From the NCBI GenBank assembly GCA_965645245.1, contig OZ287080.1:1612001-1676000 (forward strand): a stretch of 64,000 nucleotides of DNA, read 5' to 3'. The translations under genes and the position numbers were made by a program. The first letter of the stretch is position 1. Every line of letters starts with the position of its first letter. The notes beneath the pieces were generated by a model. The model saw only the letters and a list, made by a program, of their open reading frames with translations, did not search any database and was not told the origin of the DNA. Below, piece by piece: positions 12,044 through 24,899 of this stretch. This DNA comes from Massalongia carnosa (lineage: Eukaryota).

Positions 12044-13038
12044 TCAAAGCATTATACCTAGAATCAAAACCAGCAGGATAGCCATGGCTTGCTTCCACTC
12101 CTCTGTATTTGTCATTCTCGAACCCTGACCAGTATGGCTGGTAGCTGCTGGCGTTGAAGTCGTTTGTGAAGCGCCTCCTGCCTGACCTCCCAGCTTTTGT
12201 GTGGTGGATATTCCTGTCGCCGAAAGCTGTGTTGTTTTGGACGAGATACCGATGCTTGATGCTGAGGAGCTGCTCAGCGCGGACCTAGACGGACCCTCGT
12301 TTCCCGCATTGGTAGCCTGCGCTGTTGGAGAAGACGTTTGGCTCGACAATCCAACAATAGATGCAGCTGATGCGGAGGAGCTGGCCATCGCAGTTTCAAG
12401 TGAAGTTGCACTCCCAACCTTGGAGTCCTCAACTACTGATGTGGAAGATGTTTGACTACCCGAAGCGACAACAGGGGTAGCACTTTGTATTACATCCGTG
12501 GGAGTAGGTGAGAATATAGCGGTAACATCAACGCTGGCACTTGTTGCCGGCGAACTGGGGGAGATGGTTGGCGCTAACGAGGTTGAACCTATAAGGATTA
12601 TTATGAGATATTTGTCCCGAGGGCTTTTGGTACGCTCCGGCACCAACCTGCTTGTGTGACCGAACCCGCCTGTTTTGGGGAACGAGTCGCCAGATACTCC
12701 GACTGGCTTTTAATCACATCAGAGACATAGAGATGTGGAGCAGCTGGTGTCGGCTCCGGCTGAGCTGTTGCGGTGAAGGACGAATAGTTGGGAAGCGGCG
12801 TTATACTGATGCCATAACTTGTCAAGTCATCACCAAACCCGTTAACAACAGAGGCAGCACTGTTATAATCAAAGGTAGGATACGCCCCGTCCAACGATGA
12901 ACTGAAAGCGTCAATCTGTGAGTTGAGAGAACTGTAATCTATGGGAGATGGATCGTCACGTTTCTGTCTATTCCCACGTCCATGAACAGATTGAAAAGTC
13001 AAAAGAAGGACGCTCAGATATTTTTGTATTGCAAGCAT
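12044..13038 (-). CDS. Secreted Ser/Thr-rich, probably GPI-anchored cell-surface protein, 2 exons
   Basis: Signal peptide MLAIQKYLSVLLLTFQSVHG, KR processing site, S/T-rich stalk, hydrophobic C-terminus AMAILLVLILGIML. Intron 12647-12589 (GTTGGT...TAG). Confidence 0.8.
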
Positions 13039-13520
13039 GATTTTGGTCCGAGTTAATCCGCTATGTTGACTTTGGGGTTTTCCTTGTACCCAGCGGTTCC
13101 AATTTCAATACTTCGCTATCTTTCATATACCGATTGAGCAGCTCAGGGGATTCGATATCGATCACGGGACTTATTCTTTTAATTTCGGACTCTCCTTTTA
13201 CCTCCTGCCCTGCTGAGAAATTTTATTGCCAAGAACCATGCATCTAAAGGGTGGAACTCTCCACATCAAGCGACTTGTGGCGTTTTTTTGTCGCCTTTTC
13301 GGAATGGTTTCCTTGTTTCCTTGCCGTCGTGCAGTAAGGCTGCGATTGAGTACCAATCAGAGCGTTTCATTTTTTTGCTCCCACATTTTCCTTTATTGAA
13401 TGCTTTTGATCTCGTGAACTGGAAAATGCGGCTCAATCAATTGCTAGAACTCGAAATGGCACATCTATCAACGGCGGTAATACTCAATGACCATTTGTGC
13501 AGTGTAGAGAACTCTCAACC

Positions 13521-15529
13521 ATGAAAAATTTCGCTCGAAAGACCATAACCACGGCTAAGATAGCTCCAGTCCCGGACTTGGGGCTCAACGCATCAACATC
13601 CTTCAATGGCGCCAAGGACAACCAAAGACCGTTTTCGCCCTATCGAAAGCGTACGGCGCCATTCCGCAGCATGTTGCTCACTTGGCTTCTCATGTTCGTG
13701 ACCGTCGCGCTTTTCATACTGACCGTGTATTATGCTCTACGGCCCATTCTAGGACCCCACGCATCCTGGGTCGGGTCTTCTCCCAGCCATGCTATATTGC
13801 TCCTCAGAATCTTGTCCGAAGGCGCTGGATTATTCTGTGCAGCGACAGTCGCTTCGTCAACGGAATGCCTGCAATGGATGCTTGTATCGCGAAAGATAGG
13901 GTTGAGGCTTTCTACTCTCCTCGGTCTCCAGACCGGAACAGGTGTGAAGGGGTTGCTGTCGCTCATGATTGTTAGCGGTATCGCCCCAGGAACTCGGCTC
14001 TGGAGTTTGGTGCGCCTGTGCTTCATCGCAGTTGTTCCGATCTTGAGTGTCATTATCATGAGTAGGAATCCCAGCACGGAGGTATTGCTCTGCCAAACAA
14101 CAAACCTAATCCGATACAGGCGACGTCACCACTCAGACAGTGTTCCAGGCACAAGATTACTTCCCAGTCGCCGCAGGAATCGGGTCTCTCAACTCGTCCT
14201 TTGCACAGGATTATTCTCTAATCGCGGGCATATACTTCGCTACGGACTTTACCAGCTTCCTCTCAGACCCTAAGCGTGTAGTTCCCATCCCCCCTATACG
14301 TCACTCCAATGCGACCTGTGCTTCAATCATCAGCGAGAAGAACACCCCAGCATGCGGCTCGAGCCATTTCGTGGCGGGTGGCCTAGAGCTTATTACTCCT
14401 TGGCCATCAAGGAACAACGATCTTCCAGATGTTGGCTTCTATGTTGTTCAGGACATTCAGGGGTATCAGCTTGACTTCACTCAGCTGGAAAGCGACGCCG
14501 GATTCGACGGTGTCAAGGACTGCAGAGTGTATGGCGGCCAATCGAGCGCGATTCAAATATGTCTATCGAGTACCGTGAACGATAGATTGGATGCCAGTAA
14601 GTCCCTAAGCAATTGTAGCGTTGGATTTTCCAATGCATCTCAAGTGACCGATCCTGTGAACTCTTGCAGAATTCGTTCATTGTCCGCTCATCCTCAGCTC
14701 CTCAAACGCCTGCCTTCAGAATTCGACATGGCACGACTCAACTGGCTGGGCCACATCGATGCTTTCCTACCGGCGCCGCGCGACCATCAGCTTTTCCCGC
14801 ACAAACGGCACCATACTCTCGCTCACCTCTCCCTCTCCACCCATTTCGGCGCAAGTCCAACCGTCCGACCTTCTTGCGACCTACGACGCTTCGTTCGGAA
14901 ACGCCTCACTCTCTGGCTTCGGAGGCCAAGCAAACACCCAATTCCTCGACTTCGTGGCAAGCACCCTTACCTTTGCGGAAACCTCCTCGTTGGCTTTCCG
15001 GTCTGCTGAATCCTACCTCCGCAACCTCCTCGCGCTACCGCTATATTATTATCACGCCAACAATCTATCCCCAACAATCCTTCCCTCACCCAACGCCCCT
15101 CTTCCCGGGCTACCATCAGAACTCTATACCCGCGCCTCGCTCGCGACCGCATGGCACAAACTGGTCGTGGGTAGAACAAGCGTATTAGTCTATCTCGCGG
15201 GCGGTGCTATTGCGATATCAGCCTGTCTGGTAGTGCTCATCCTAGGGAGCTTACCCCTTACCGCGGCGAACGTGCCCGAAACCAGCTCCTGGCCCGCGCT
15301 GGATTTTGCCACCAACTGCCACGGAAGCGCAAACGGTCAACACGGGGAGCCGATCAGTGAGACGCTGCGCGAGTGTCGGGGTCTAAAGGGTTCGCCGCTG
15401 AGAGAACGGATTGGGAGAATTCACGTGTCCATGCCCCCAACCGTGGCCGGACACGGACCCGGTCCGGCGCCTGGATCTCCCCCCTTTCCCCCCTCCGAAA
15501 GCGTAAAACAGGAAGAAAGGCAAGGGTGA
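13521..15529 (+). CDS. Uncharacterised fungal multi-pass membrane protein, 3 exons
   Basis: N-terminal TM helices, a Cys-containing luminal region and a C-terminal TM followed by PETSSWPALDF. Three overlapping ORFs join via probable introns ~14062-14119 and ~14597-14669. Confidence 0.7.
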
Positions 15530-15829
15530 ATGATCTTTTTTTTCCGGCGTAGTTCGCAGACGTAACTATGATGGACCCGTAGCCTTGCATTTCGGAATGA
15601 TTACACACGTAATAATATTCCCCATGGTTAAAAAAAAAAAAAAAGTCCCAAAGCTCATAGTTCAGCCTTCCCAACCCCCCCCCAAGACTCCTCCAAACAA
15701 AAACCCCGCCTCACACAGCCCCAGCGACTCGTATGTACTCCCCCCTCCCCCCAAACAAGGCTGACTTGACCTGACTTTTTGTGGCGCAGGACCCAAACCA
15801 CCTAGTTACCTCCTTCCATACCTACATAG

Positions 15830-16466
15830 CCCTGGCAGTGCTACAAACCTCTCTCTGTCCCCCCTTTGAGCTCCGTTCCGCGTTCCGGGTTAGGGGACTT
15901 GGGGGGAATACGTAGGTACATGCATACATAACATATCTAGCAGTCAGTCAGCCGGCCAGCCAGTCAGGGGTTCTGGGTGAGCACTTCATTCCATCGTACA
16001 TACCCTACACTACCCACACTCCCTACGACAACAACATCCATCCATCCATCCCCCTACCCCTCTACCCCCTCGTCATCGTCGTCGTCATCATCAGCACAAC
16101 ACAGCACAGCAAAAGCAAAATCCAACCAAAAAAAAAAATGAATCCACCGTCCCCGGGCGCGCGTTCAGGAGATTACGATACTTATGTACATACCACGTAT
16201 GTACATACACCTAACTACCGCTGAGGAGACCTGTTCTAGTATGAGGACATCCCCGTCATGTTAGCATGTTGGGTTGGGAGTAGGGACTAGGGAGTAAGCA
16301 GGTTAGGCAGATTGCAAAATGGAGAAGAAATACAAGAAGAAGAGTTTCTCTCCATACATTCCTCTCTCGAGCATTTACTCGCGTATACGCTAGCTAGCTA
16401 GATAAGTAAGTGACAAATCTCCCCGCCACGCCACGCCATCTTACCCTACCCTACCCGTTCCGATGC

Positions 16467-16505
<39 letters not shown>

Positions 16506-16810
16506 ACCGTCTGTCCAGTCCAGTCCAGTGCAGTCAGCGACGCAACCTAACCAACCAACGTAAACCGGAGAGTGTTTTCGGTCTTCGTCCGTCGGAGCCC
16601 CCCCTCCCCCCTTTTTTTTTTGGTTTCCCCCCCCTGGTACATTCATCGAGAGAAAACCCAGCTTCGGCGACGCGGAACGGGAATCCCGCCCCGTGTGAGT
16701 GTGTGGGATCTGGTCTATTTAGCTAGCTAGCTAGCTAGCTAACTGGGTTGGATGTTGATGAATGGATACATGTAGATAATATTCGAGGGTGCAGAACTAC
16801 CTACCTACCT
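15830..16810. repeat. Microsatellite-dense intergenic tract
   Basis: (CAGC)n 16468-16501, (CTAG)n ~16720-16741, (CATC)n, (TCG)n and poly-C/A runs. Confidence 0.8.
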
Positions 16811-17020
16811 ACCAAGGTACATACTCCGAAATAGATCACCACATCAATTTTTTTTTTCCTGTTCACGTTGTATCCTGAACTGAATGAAATCCTCCACGAA
16901 CGGAAACCCCGCCCCCTCTTCGCTTCTCCCGGAAACCTCTTTGTCGTTATACCAAGGTCCCCCTCCCCAAAGGAAAAACCCCCACCTAGCGAATCCACCA
17001 TGCGACCCAACCACTCAGAT

Positions 17021-18800
17021 TCACAAAACGAATCTAAACCCCCTCTTAGCCGCTTCCCCAGGGATGGCCTCCCCCACTGCAATTGCCCCCTCGACGACTT
17101 CTCCACGATCAAGTTTCCGGTTCAGGCGCGCGAGGACGAAGCGCAGGACAGTTGCAGCGCAGATTGCGATGAAGGCGACGGTGCAGTTGACGCTCATGGC
17201 GACGACTTGGGGCGGGTTAGTACAGCTTTTAAGGGGGGAGGGGTTGGTGAGAGTGGTAGATAGATGGCGGGTTGGAGGAACGGGGAGAAGAGTATTAAAG
17301 GGGCACGGTTACCGTATCGAGGGCCTGCGGATTTGGGATACATGTATGACGCATAGATTGATGAGGAGTTTGAGACGGCGTTAATGGCTGCTAAAGCTGC
17401 GGCGCGCTGGGTTGATTTATTAGGCAAGAGCCAGTCATTGAGACGACCAAATCGTCAGGAAAACCCCCGCTTACCTTGGCAGGTGGTCGAGGCAGAGTGT
17501 TGGAAATCCACGCCAGTCCGACCACATAGCCCGTGTACACCCCCGGCACCATGAATATCATCGCGACATAGCGAGGCGCTGTGGCCGTCGTGGCGGCGGC
17601 GAGGATATAGGCGAAGATGGCAAAGTACAAGGGAACGGTAACGTGGAAGTAGCGTTCCCCCGTTCGGTCGGCGTGCCAGGCGTTGAGGAAGCTGGTGATG
17701 ACAGCTAGGACGTAAGGGGGAACGGTCAGGAGGAGCGAGATTATGTTAGAGTAGCCGAGGGTTTTGACTACGGTTGGGAAGAGGTTGGTCACTGTTCCAG
17801 AGGCTATGATGCAGAAGAGTAGTACCATCTGCTGGGGTAAGTAGGCTACATTGATTGTGTAAAGGAAACGTACCAAAATGTACATCTTTGTGTCCAAAAA
17901 CGCTAGTTTCAAGCCGTGGAAGAAGGTCTCTTTTTCACGGCCTACCCAGTCATCTTCTCCAATATCCTCGGCCAAGCGCCAGATGGCTAGCTGCCGTTCA
18001 TTTTCAGTAAGCCAATGGGTGGTGCGTGGGAAGTTGGGGAGAACAAAATACGCCGCGGCCGCAATCACAATGGTAATGGCTCCTTCGATGATAAACAGCC
18101 ATCGCCAAGCACGAAGGTTTTTCGCCCCGTCCAACCCATTGGTGATACCGGCACTGATCAACCCGGAGAACGCACCTGAGAGCAGAGATCCGGAATACAG
18201 TATGGCGGTCCTGAATCCCAACTCTTTCCGCGTGTACCATGACGACAGGAAGAACAAGCAGCCCGGGAAATACGCTGCCTCCACAAATCCGAGACAAAAC
18301 CGGACGGCAACCAAGCCACCATAGCTCTGAACGCCCGCGGTGGCGCCTGAGATGATCCCCCATACAATCATTACCGTCGGGAGATACAGCGCCGGTTTCC
18401 CGATCTTGTTGAGAAAGAGGTTCGACGGGATCTGCATGACGATGTAGCCGACGAACAGGATGCTCAGAGCAGTCAGGTACTGGGTGCTGGTCAGATGCAG
18501 CTCATCTTCTAGACCTGCTAATCGTGCCGCCGCGATGTTATTGCGGTCTAAATAGTTCATAATGTACATGATAATGATCATAGGGAGGAGTCGGAGATCG
18601 ATTTTCCGCACCAAGGCCAGTTCCAGCCGTTGGCGCTCTTCCATTGACAGACCTCTGATCAGCGACAGTGTCTCCTTCCTTGACCTTGAGATTGGTGCAT
18701 TTTCGAGCGTGGTCGCCGTGGCATGGTCATCGCTAGACTTGGGGCGGCCACACAAATGCGCGACTGGAACATAATCGGCTTCATGTTCCGAATAAGCCAT
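17021..18800 (-). CDS. MFS transporter, anion:cation symporter (allantoate/nicotinate permease-like) family, 4 exons
   Basis: LVRKIDLRLLP...NYLDRNNIAAARLAG, QIPSN, RFCLGFVEAAYFPG, SSWYTRKELGFR, WRWLFIIEG, DRTGER. Ends GFRFVL* at 17021. Introns 17873-17829, ~17474-17407, ~17311-17220. Confidence 0.92.
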
Positions 18801-19270
18801 GTTGTGTTCATATGTAGCCGGACGCCAAACTCCTCATGCACGCATGACTGGAGCTGAAGGAGAGGAAAAGAGAAGAACGAGATCAATCGCAAGATTCGGG
18901 CCCTGCGTGTTGATAGATACTTCAGCTGGGCGCAGGAACCCCTCATTTCACATGCAGCTTGAAGCATCATTCTTCTTCAGCCATTAAAAAGTCGCTAGTT
19001 AATGCTAGATCGGGCCACAGGGATTTGACTGAATTGATCTCGATCAATCATCTTGTTGAGTGTCACTTCGAAGAGACGGGGAAGCGTCATATCATTGCCG
19101 GAAACGTGTAACTTAGCTGTTAGGGAGGTGTACTCTAGTTATTCGTTAGGATGAATGAAGCACGGTCGAGGGACGGATGAATACCACACCAGCGTCATCA
19201 TCCACCAACCGTCTCCTAACAAGCCACCAATTCAAACCGTCATCCTTCCAATCAAATTCCCCCCCCAATT

Positions 19271-20238
19271 ATGGGCAAAATAACTGAACAAATCGGCGAC
19301 ATCTTCTCCGCCCCACCCAACAGCGTTCTAATCCGTAATTCCACCACCTAACCCCTCCCCTTTATTCCACTCCGCTAACCATCTCCCAGACGCCTGCAAC
19401 GCCAAGGGTGTATGGGGCAATGGCGTCGCGTTCGCTTTCAAGAAAAAGGTTTACCGCTCCCTCCCCCACCACCCAGACCAAAACCCTAACCCTCAACTAA
19501 CCTCCCCCCTCCCACCAGTTTCCCCAAGCCTTCAAAATCTACACCACGCACTGCAAACCCGCCTCCCCCCCCACCTCGCTCCCCACCCACCAAGCCTTCC
19601 TAGCCGGCACCACCCTTCTAATCCCGCCCATCCGCTCCGCGCCCCACCCGCAAAACTCCCTCTGGATCGCCTGCCTGTTCACCAGCGTCGGCTACGGCCG
19701 CACGGTCGATTCCCGCGTGACCATCCTCGCCAACACCGCGCGCGCCATTGCCGATTTGGAGCGGCAGATCGACGACTTGGTCTGCACGGCCAACAGGGAG
19801 GGGAAAGGTGACGGAAAAGTGGAGGCGGGCTTGGGGACGCCAAGCGAAGATGCCGATGACAAAAAACCCTCCAAAAAACCTGCTCCCCTCAAGGAAACGG
19901 AACCCCCAAGCCAATATCGCGCCGTACGTATCAACAGCGGGAAATTCGGCGTGCCATGGTCCAGCACTAAACCTCTGCTTGAACACTCCTCGCTAGAAAT
20001 CCTGGTCCTCCGACCCCCCGAAGACGGCGGCGACAACGACAACAACGAGAAGGTCGAAGTAGAAGCCGCACCACCACTCACAGCAGCGAGGAGGGATACT
20101 GCAAAAGCGAAGCCGGAACCGAGAAGGGGAGGAGGAAAAGATGAAGAGGAAGAGGGAGCAGGACAATACCGCAGCCGGAAGCGGAAACAGGACGATATCG
20201 GGCCGCTAGATGGGCATTTCAGGCCGATCCGTAGATAA
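19271..20238 (+). CDS. POA1: ADP-ribose 1''-phosphate phosphatase (macro domain), 3 exons
   Basis: MGKITEQIGDIFSAPPNSVLI/H-ACNAKGVWGNGVAFAFKKK/FPQAFKIY...WIACLFTSVGYG...VRINSGKFGVPW. Two C-rich introns between ~19335 and 19518. Confidence 0.85.
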
Positions 20239-20398
20239 ATTTTCACAAACACATACTCTCTCCCTCTCCCTCTCTCTAGTTTCCCCCACTTCATTTCCGC
20301 TCTTCTCTGAAGCGGGCTGCTGAGTAGGTAGGTAGGTAAACCCCTACTGCTCCTTTTCTATCCTCTTGGCGGTAGTGGGGTGAGATGGGTGGATGGAT

Positions 20399-20472
20399 GG
20401 AAATGGAAATGGAAATGGAAATGGAAATGGAAATGGAAATGGAAATGGAAATGGAAATGGGAATAGGAATGG
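20399..20472. repeat. (GGAAAT)n hexanucleotide microsatellite
   Basis: About 10 perfect copies followed by degenerate ones. Confidence 0.95.
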
Positions 20473-20665
20473 GAATGAGATGGAGTGGATGGGGTGAACG
20501 GTTCTAACGGTAATGAGTATATTGTATATCCTATTCCTTATCATCAATACTGCCTCTCTCCCCATCAGCAAACACCATCCCCCAAATAACTCCTTCGTAT
20601 AATAACCTCCGTCCCTCCCCTCCCCCTTTTTCATCTCCATCTCCTCTCCCCTTCAATCCTCACCC

Positions 20666-21969
20666 TCACCCCCCACTCCCCCATCCCATCCCCCCCACCA
20701 CCCCCTCCAATCCCCGCACTTCATCCCCGCTTACCCTTCCCCCCCCTCTAACCTCCTCCCCGCCCTCCCCCTCGCCAACAATCCTCCTCACCCTCCCTTC
20801 TAAATACGCTCTTCGCTCCTCCCTCCTCTCGTCCGCCCCACCACCACCACCACCACCATCGATGGACGTGCCCTTCCCCTCCCGTAAAGCTAGTAGCTTG
20901 GGTTTCAGATCGGCTACCAGCGCACGTAGAGTGGGCAGGTGGGAGGTGGTGAATTGGGCGTGAGTCGTTAGCGGGTCGCTGCCCGAGGAGGAGGATGAGG
21001 GTGGGTGGGAGTGGGACGAGAGTAAGGGGTGGGAGGTTAAGAATCCGAGGGAGGGAGCGGTGTGGTTGGTTGAAGATGCCTCTTTGGGGGAGGAAGATAG
21101 CTGGGATTTAGGAAAAAGGAGAGAAGAGAGGGAGGCGAGTAGAGCGGAGTTTTTGGTGTGGGTGGCGACAAGCGCGCGGTGGAGAGTTTTGGTCTCTAGC
21201 AGTTTGCGGCGGAGGAGGAGGATGGATTCGGGGGTTGGCGAGGAGGGGGGGACGGGGAGGGTAAGGTTCTGTGGAGAGGTGACCGTTAGCGGAGAGGTAA
21301 TTGATTCGGTCGAGATCTGGGGAAGAATGTCTGGATATATCGTGCAAGGGATAAGGAAATTAAGACAAGGGACATAGATCCCCCCCCCCCCCCAGAGGAT
21401 CCTGCTCCTGAAAAAAACACCAAAAAGCCCTCCCACGCATCATCTCCCACCCCCCAACCCCCAACCCCAAAAGAAAAACCCACCTCATAATGCCCTAACC
21501 GCATCCACCCCGCCAACTCGTCTGGCACCGTCAAAATATTCCTTAGCGTGTAGATCTCAAATTTGTCAAAGGTCCGATCGACCGTCGCCTCCAGCAGCGT
21601 CTCCAGGCGATGCACGCCCTCCTCGATTTCCTCTTTGGCCTCGGGGAACTCCTCGTTCCTGTCGTTACCGTCGGCGTCGCGGATCGCGAGCTCCGGCGAG
21701 GAGGAGGAGAGGTGGGGCCCGAAGCCGAGGGTAGGGGGGGGGATGCTGAAGAGCCCGTTTTCTATGGCTTCGAGCGCGCGGTAGATGATTGTGTTGACGG
21801 CGTTGATGATTTCGTCGATTAGGGACTGGGATTGGCGGGGAGTTAGTGGGGCGGCAGCCTTTCGGGGGGAGGGCGGGGGGTGCGGGAAGAATGGGGAGGG
21901 GCATACAAGAGGGGTGTAACGGAAATGCTCGGTGAGGAGCGCATCAGCTTGACGATTGGGTTCGACCAT
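20666..21969 (-). CDS. MIS12: Kinetochore protein Mis12/Mtw1, 3 exons
   Basis: LLTEHFRYTPL/SLIDEIINAVN...GVHRLETLLEATVDRTFDKFEIYTLRNILTVP...HYE/NL...LRRKL. Introns 21906-21826 and ~21484-21269. An alternative start exists at 22026. Confidence 0.88.
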
Positions 21970-22329
21970 ATTCCTGTTTTCTTGCGGCTTTGAGTGGTGG
22001 GGAGTGCTGGACGGAGGGGGAGACATGATTTGTTTACGGAGGTGTTTGCGCCGAGGTTTCCTTGGCGCGTTCGATAAAAGCCCTTCGAGGCTGGTGGTTT
22101 TCCCCTTAAAGAAGAAGGGCATGTAAAGATGCAACGAATATCACGACCAAGAACGAGGAATGCCATAAATATAGAGAATTAGAGAATTCGCCTTTATGCT
22201 ATTAACAAAAACATCTAAACTCCGCGCCCACACCAGCTCTAAGATAGTACTCCTAACTATACTGAGCTTATGTATAGAGTACTCGTACATCCCATCGATT
22301 GATCCCTCGCATATCCCTCCTTCCTCCAC

Positions 22330-23393
22330 CTATGCGAATGCGACAAACAAGCCAACGATGCTGGACAATACAATGCCAGTGAATAAGTCCAGCCTGCTAG
22401 CCAGCGCATTTCCTGCACCAGCGAATGATTCAGTGGTGGAGTTAGGGCTTTTGCCGCTGGAGCTGGGGCTGCTACCGGAGATGGTGGTGTCGCTGGAACC
22501 AGAGCTATCGGAAGAACCGGACTTTCCAGAGGAAGTTGAGCCGCTTGAGTCCGAACCGTCCGAGGTGGAGCTACCTGAGGGGGTTGCATTGTCGAGGGAG
22601 GTTGAGTCTCCTGTAGCGCCCTTGGATGGAGAAACATTGGCGGGGGCATCCTTTGCGAGTGCGGCATAGGTGGTAACGGTGCGGGATTTGTTTGCCGCAG
22701 GCCTAATTCAAAAGGTTAGCTGGAGGCAGGAAATCCGTGTTCCTACTGTGGACACGTACGGGTTGATAACGCCAACCATGCCAGCTTGACAATGCTTCCC
22801 TTGCGAGCAGTAGTACCATACGGGCTTCGTATCGTTGATCAGAATCGAATACGCTGGTAGTTCTGGGGCGTCTGCCTTGACTGGCATGTATCCGGAGAAG
22901 ATACTAGGTACCGATGGCTGAACGTTATTGATCGGAACACAAGGCTTATCGAACGTGGATTGGACGACGGAATGGTTCTACGAAGGGTTAGCACCTGTCA
23001 GCGCGACGACGTTGGATCAAGAAATACCTTGGGATAGAAGTGAAACTGGACCAACGAGCCCACCGAAGCTTTAAGGCTGCTGGGCTCGAATACCAATTCA
23101 CCCTTTTTATTCGAGACCTTGACGATGTGGACGTTAACAGTACCAGCCGAGGCGGGCGAGCTGGACGATGCGCTTGGGGTGGCTACGGCCACCGAAACCA
23201 CAGAAGAGCTGACTTTGCCGCTTTCCGCTCCGCCGTCAGACCCGGAAGAGTTTTCGCTACCAGAGCTATATCCACTTCCTGCTCCCGAACCCGAATCGCT
23301 CCCACCTCCAGAACTGTATCCGCTGCCATAGCTCTGGGCGAAAGCACCAGTAGCCAGAAGCAGGGACGACGCGAGGGTGATGAATGCATGCAT
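22330..23393 (-). CDS. Extracellular serine-rich cupredoxin-domain protein, probably GPI-anchored, 3 exons
   Basis: Signal peptide, S/G-rich region, LVFEP...VQFHFYPK/NHSVVQSTFDKPC...WYYCSQGKHCQAGMVGVIN/P, S/T stalk, hydrophobic end GIVLSSIVGLFVAFA*. Confidence 0.88.
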
Positions 23394-24300
23394 CGTGGGC
23401 GTGGAGAGATGTGATGGTATTATAATGCGTCCAGCGCGTTAATTGGTTAGAAGGCGATAAAAGAAATAAACGGTACAGCGAACGTTCGAAAACTCCAACG
23501 GAATGCAAAGAGATCGATTGAGTATAGCAAATACAAGTAAGAAATGGGCGGCATGCAGCCAAGCTATATGATCATGACAGTTGGGGCACGTCAGCAGAGG
23601 AGTTTGGGATACCAATGCCGTGAACGCGCTGGAATAGGGACAAAGGCAAAGCGCGCGGCATCATGCTATTCCCAACAACTCAGGTTTCATGGCTGTCTGG
23701 GTCTCAAGCAATACATGACACACGATTTGTTCAACACTAAACTGAGCCCACAAAATTGCTTGAACTGCTTGAAGGTATTATTAAAAAAGAGCACCTGATA
23801 AGGCAAGTCTCAATTATTCAACTGCGGCGAACCCAACAGGCAAAGGACGTTGTGAAGCCAATGAACTGCTAACAATATCCGAAGCTTGCAGAGGATTGGA
23901 GATCTGCGTTCGGGTGGCGCATGGAGAAAGTCGAAGCTTTGACTTGGTTGCAGCGCTTAGAGTTTGAGCTGTGTCGCAGATTCTCCAGTGCGTTTGATCG
24001 ACTTGGTGAGATCGCGGGGGATTTATGCGCTCTCTCCCATCCTCACCTCCTTCTCACCTTTCTACTCGTCCATCGATCCAATCCTTTTCCAAAACCCTCG
24101 ATTAGGCAGCAGTCAAAGCTAGAGTTCAAGAAAGATTCATCTCTCACGTGATCTAAACACGTGATCATACAGGGTGAACTTTTATGGTCCTAGCCATCAC
24201 CATAAAGACATCCATCTTGGCCCTTTTGCGATCACCAGAGCGGTTTCCGTAGGTAGATGAGTAACAATCCCCTTCATGTGGGCTTTGCATCCTTCGTAAT

Positions 24301-24899
24301 TTAGAAATCCAGCAGCAGCTGCGGTGCCAACTTTTCCAAATCCTCCACCTACCCATCAATGCAGTTAGCATTCAGCAAGCTTTCTAAGCACAACCTCCCA
24401 CTTTTACTTCCCTATCCCCACTCACCTCAAGAAACCCTGGCCCCACTTCCCTTCCCTCAGCACTCTCCCTCTCCAATGCAGCCCGCGCCAACGCCTCCCT
24501 GACAAACGTCTCCATGTACTTCCCCACCAAGGCGTTTGCGTCCTTGCCCATGCGCGTCTTCTCGTCGGTGAAATGGTGATGAATGAGTTTCGTTAGGAGC
24601 TTGGGCGGGATGGTGGGGGGTGGATCGTCTTCCGCTACCGACTGTGGGGCGGGAGCAGCGGCGACATTTTCGCCGGCTTCACCGTCGTCGATGTCATCGT
24701 CATCGGAGGAACCGATTTCCATGGGTGAGGGATCTTGCTCAACTTCTGAGGAGGAAGGGGAGTCCAAGGGGTGGTGTTTTGCGGGGGCGGATTTTCGCCG
24801 TTGAGGGGCGGTGGTGGGTTTGGGTTTGGATATGGGCCGGGGAGGTTTGAAGGCGGGGGCTTTGCGTTTGGGGGGGGGTTTGGTGGGGTTTGGTGGCAT
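24301..24899 (-). CDS. MHF2: CENP-X/MHF2 histone-fold protein, 2 exons
   Basis: IPPKLLTKLIHHHF...TRMGKDANALVGKYMETFVREALARA...FLE/VEDLEKLAPQLLLDF*. Intron ~24425-24349. Confidence 0.88.

Noticed and set aside
19484..19500. Telomere-like CCCTAA motif
   Set aside because: Only one or two copies occur, inside a C-rich intron near its branch point.
20344..20640. ORF with (FP)n repeat
   Set aside because: It is the reverse translation of the (GGAAAT)n microsatellite between convergent genes.
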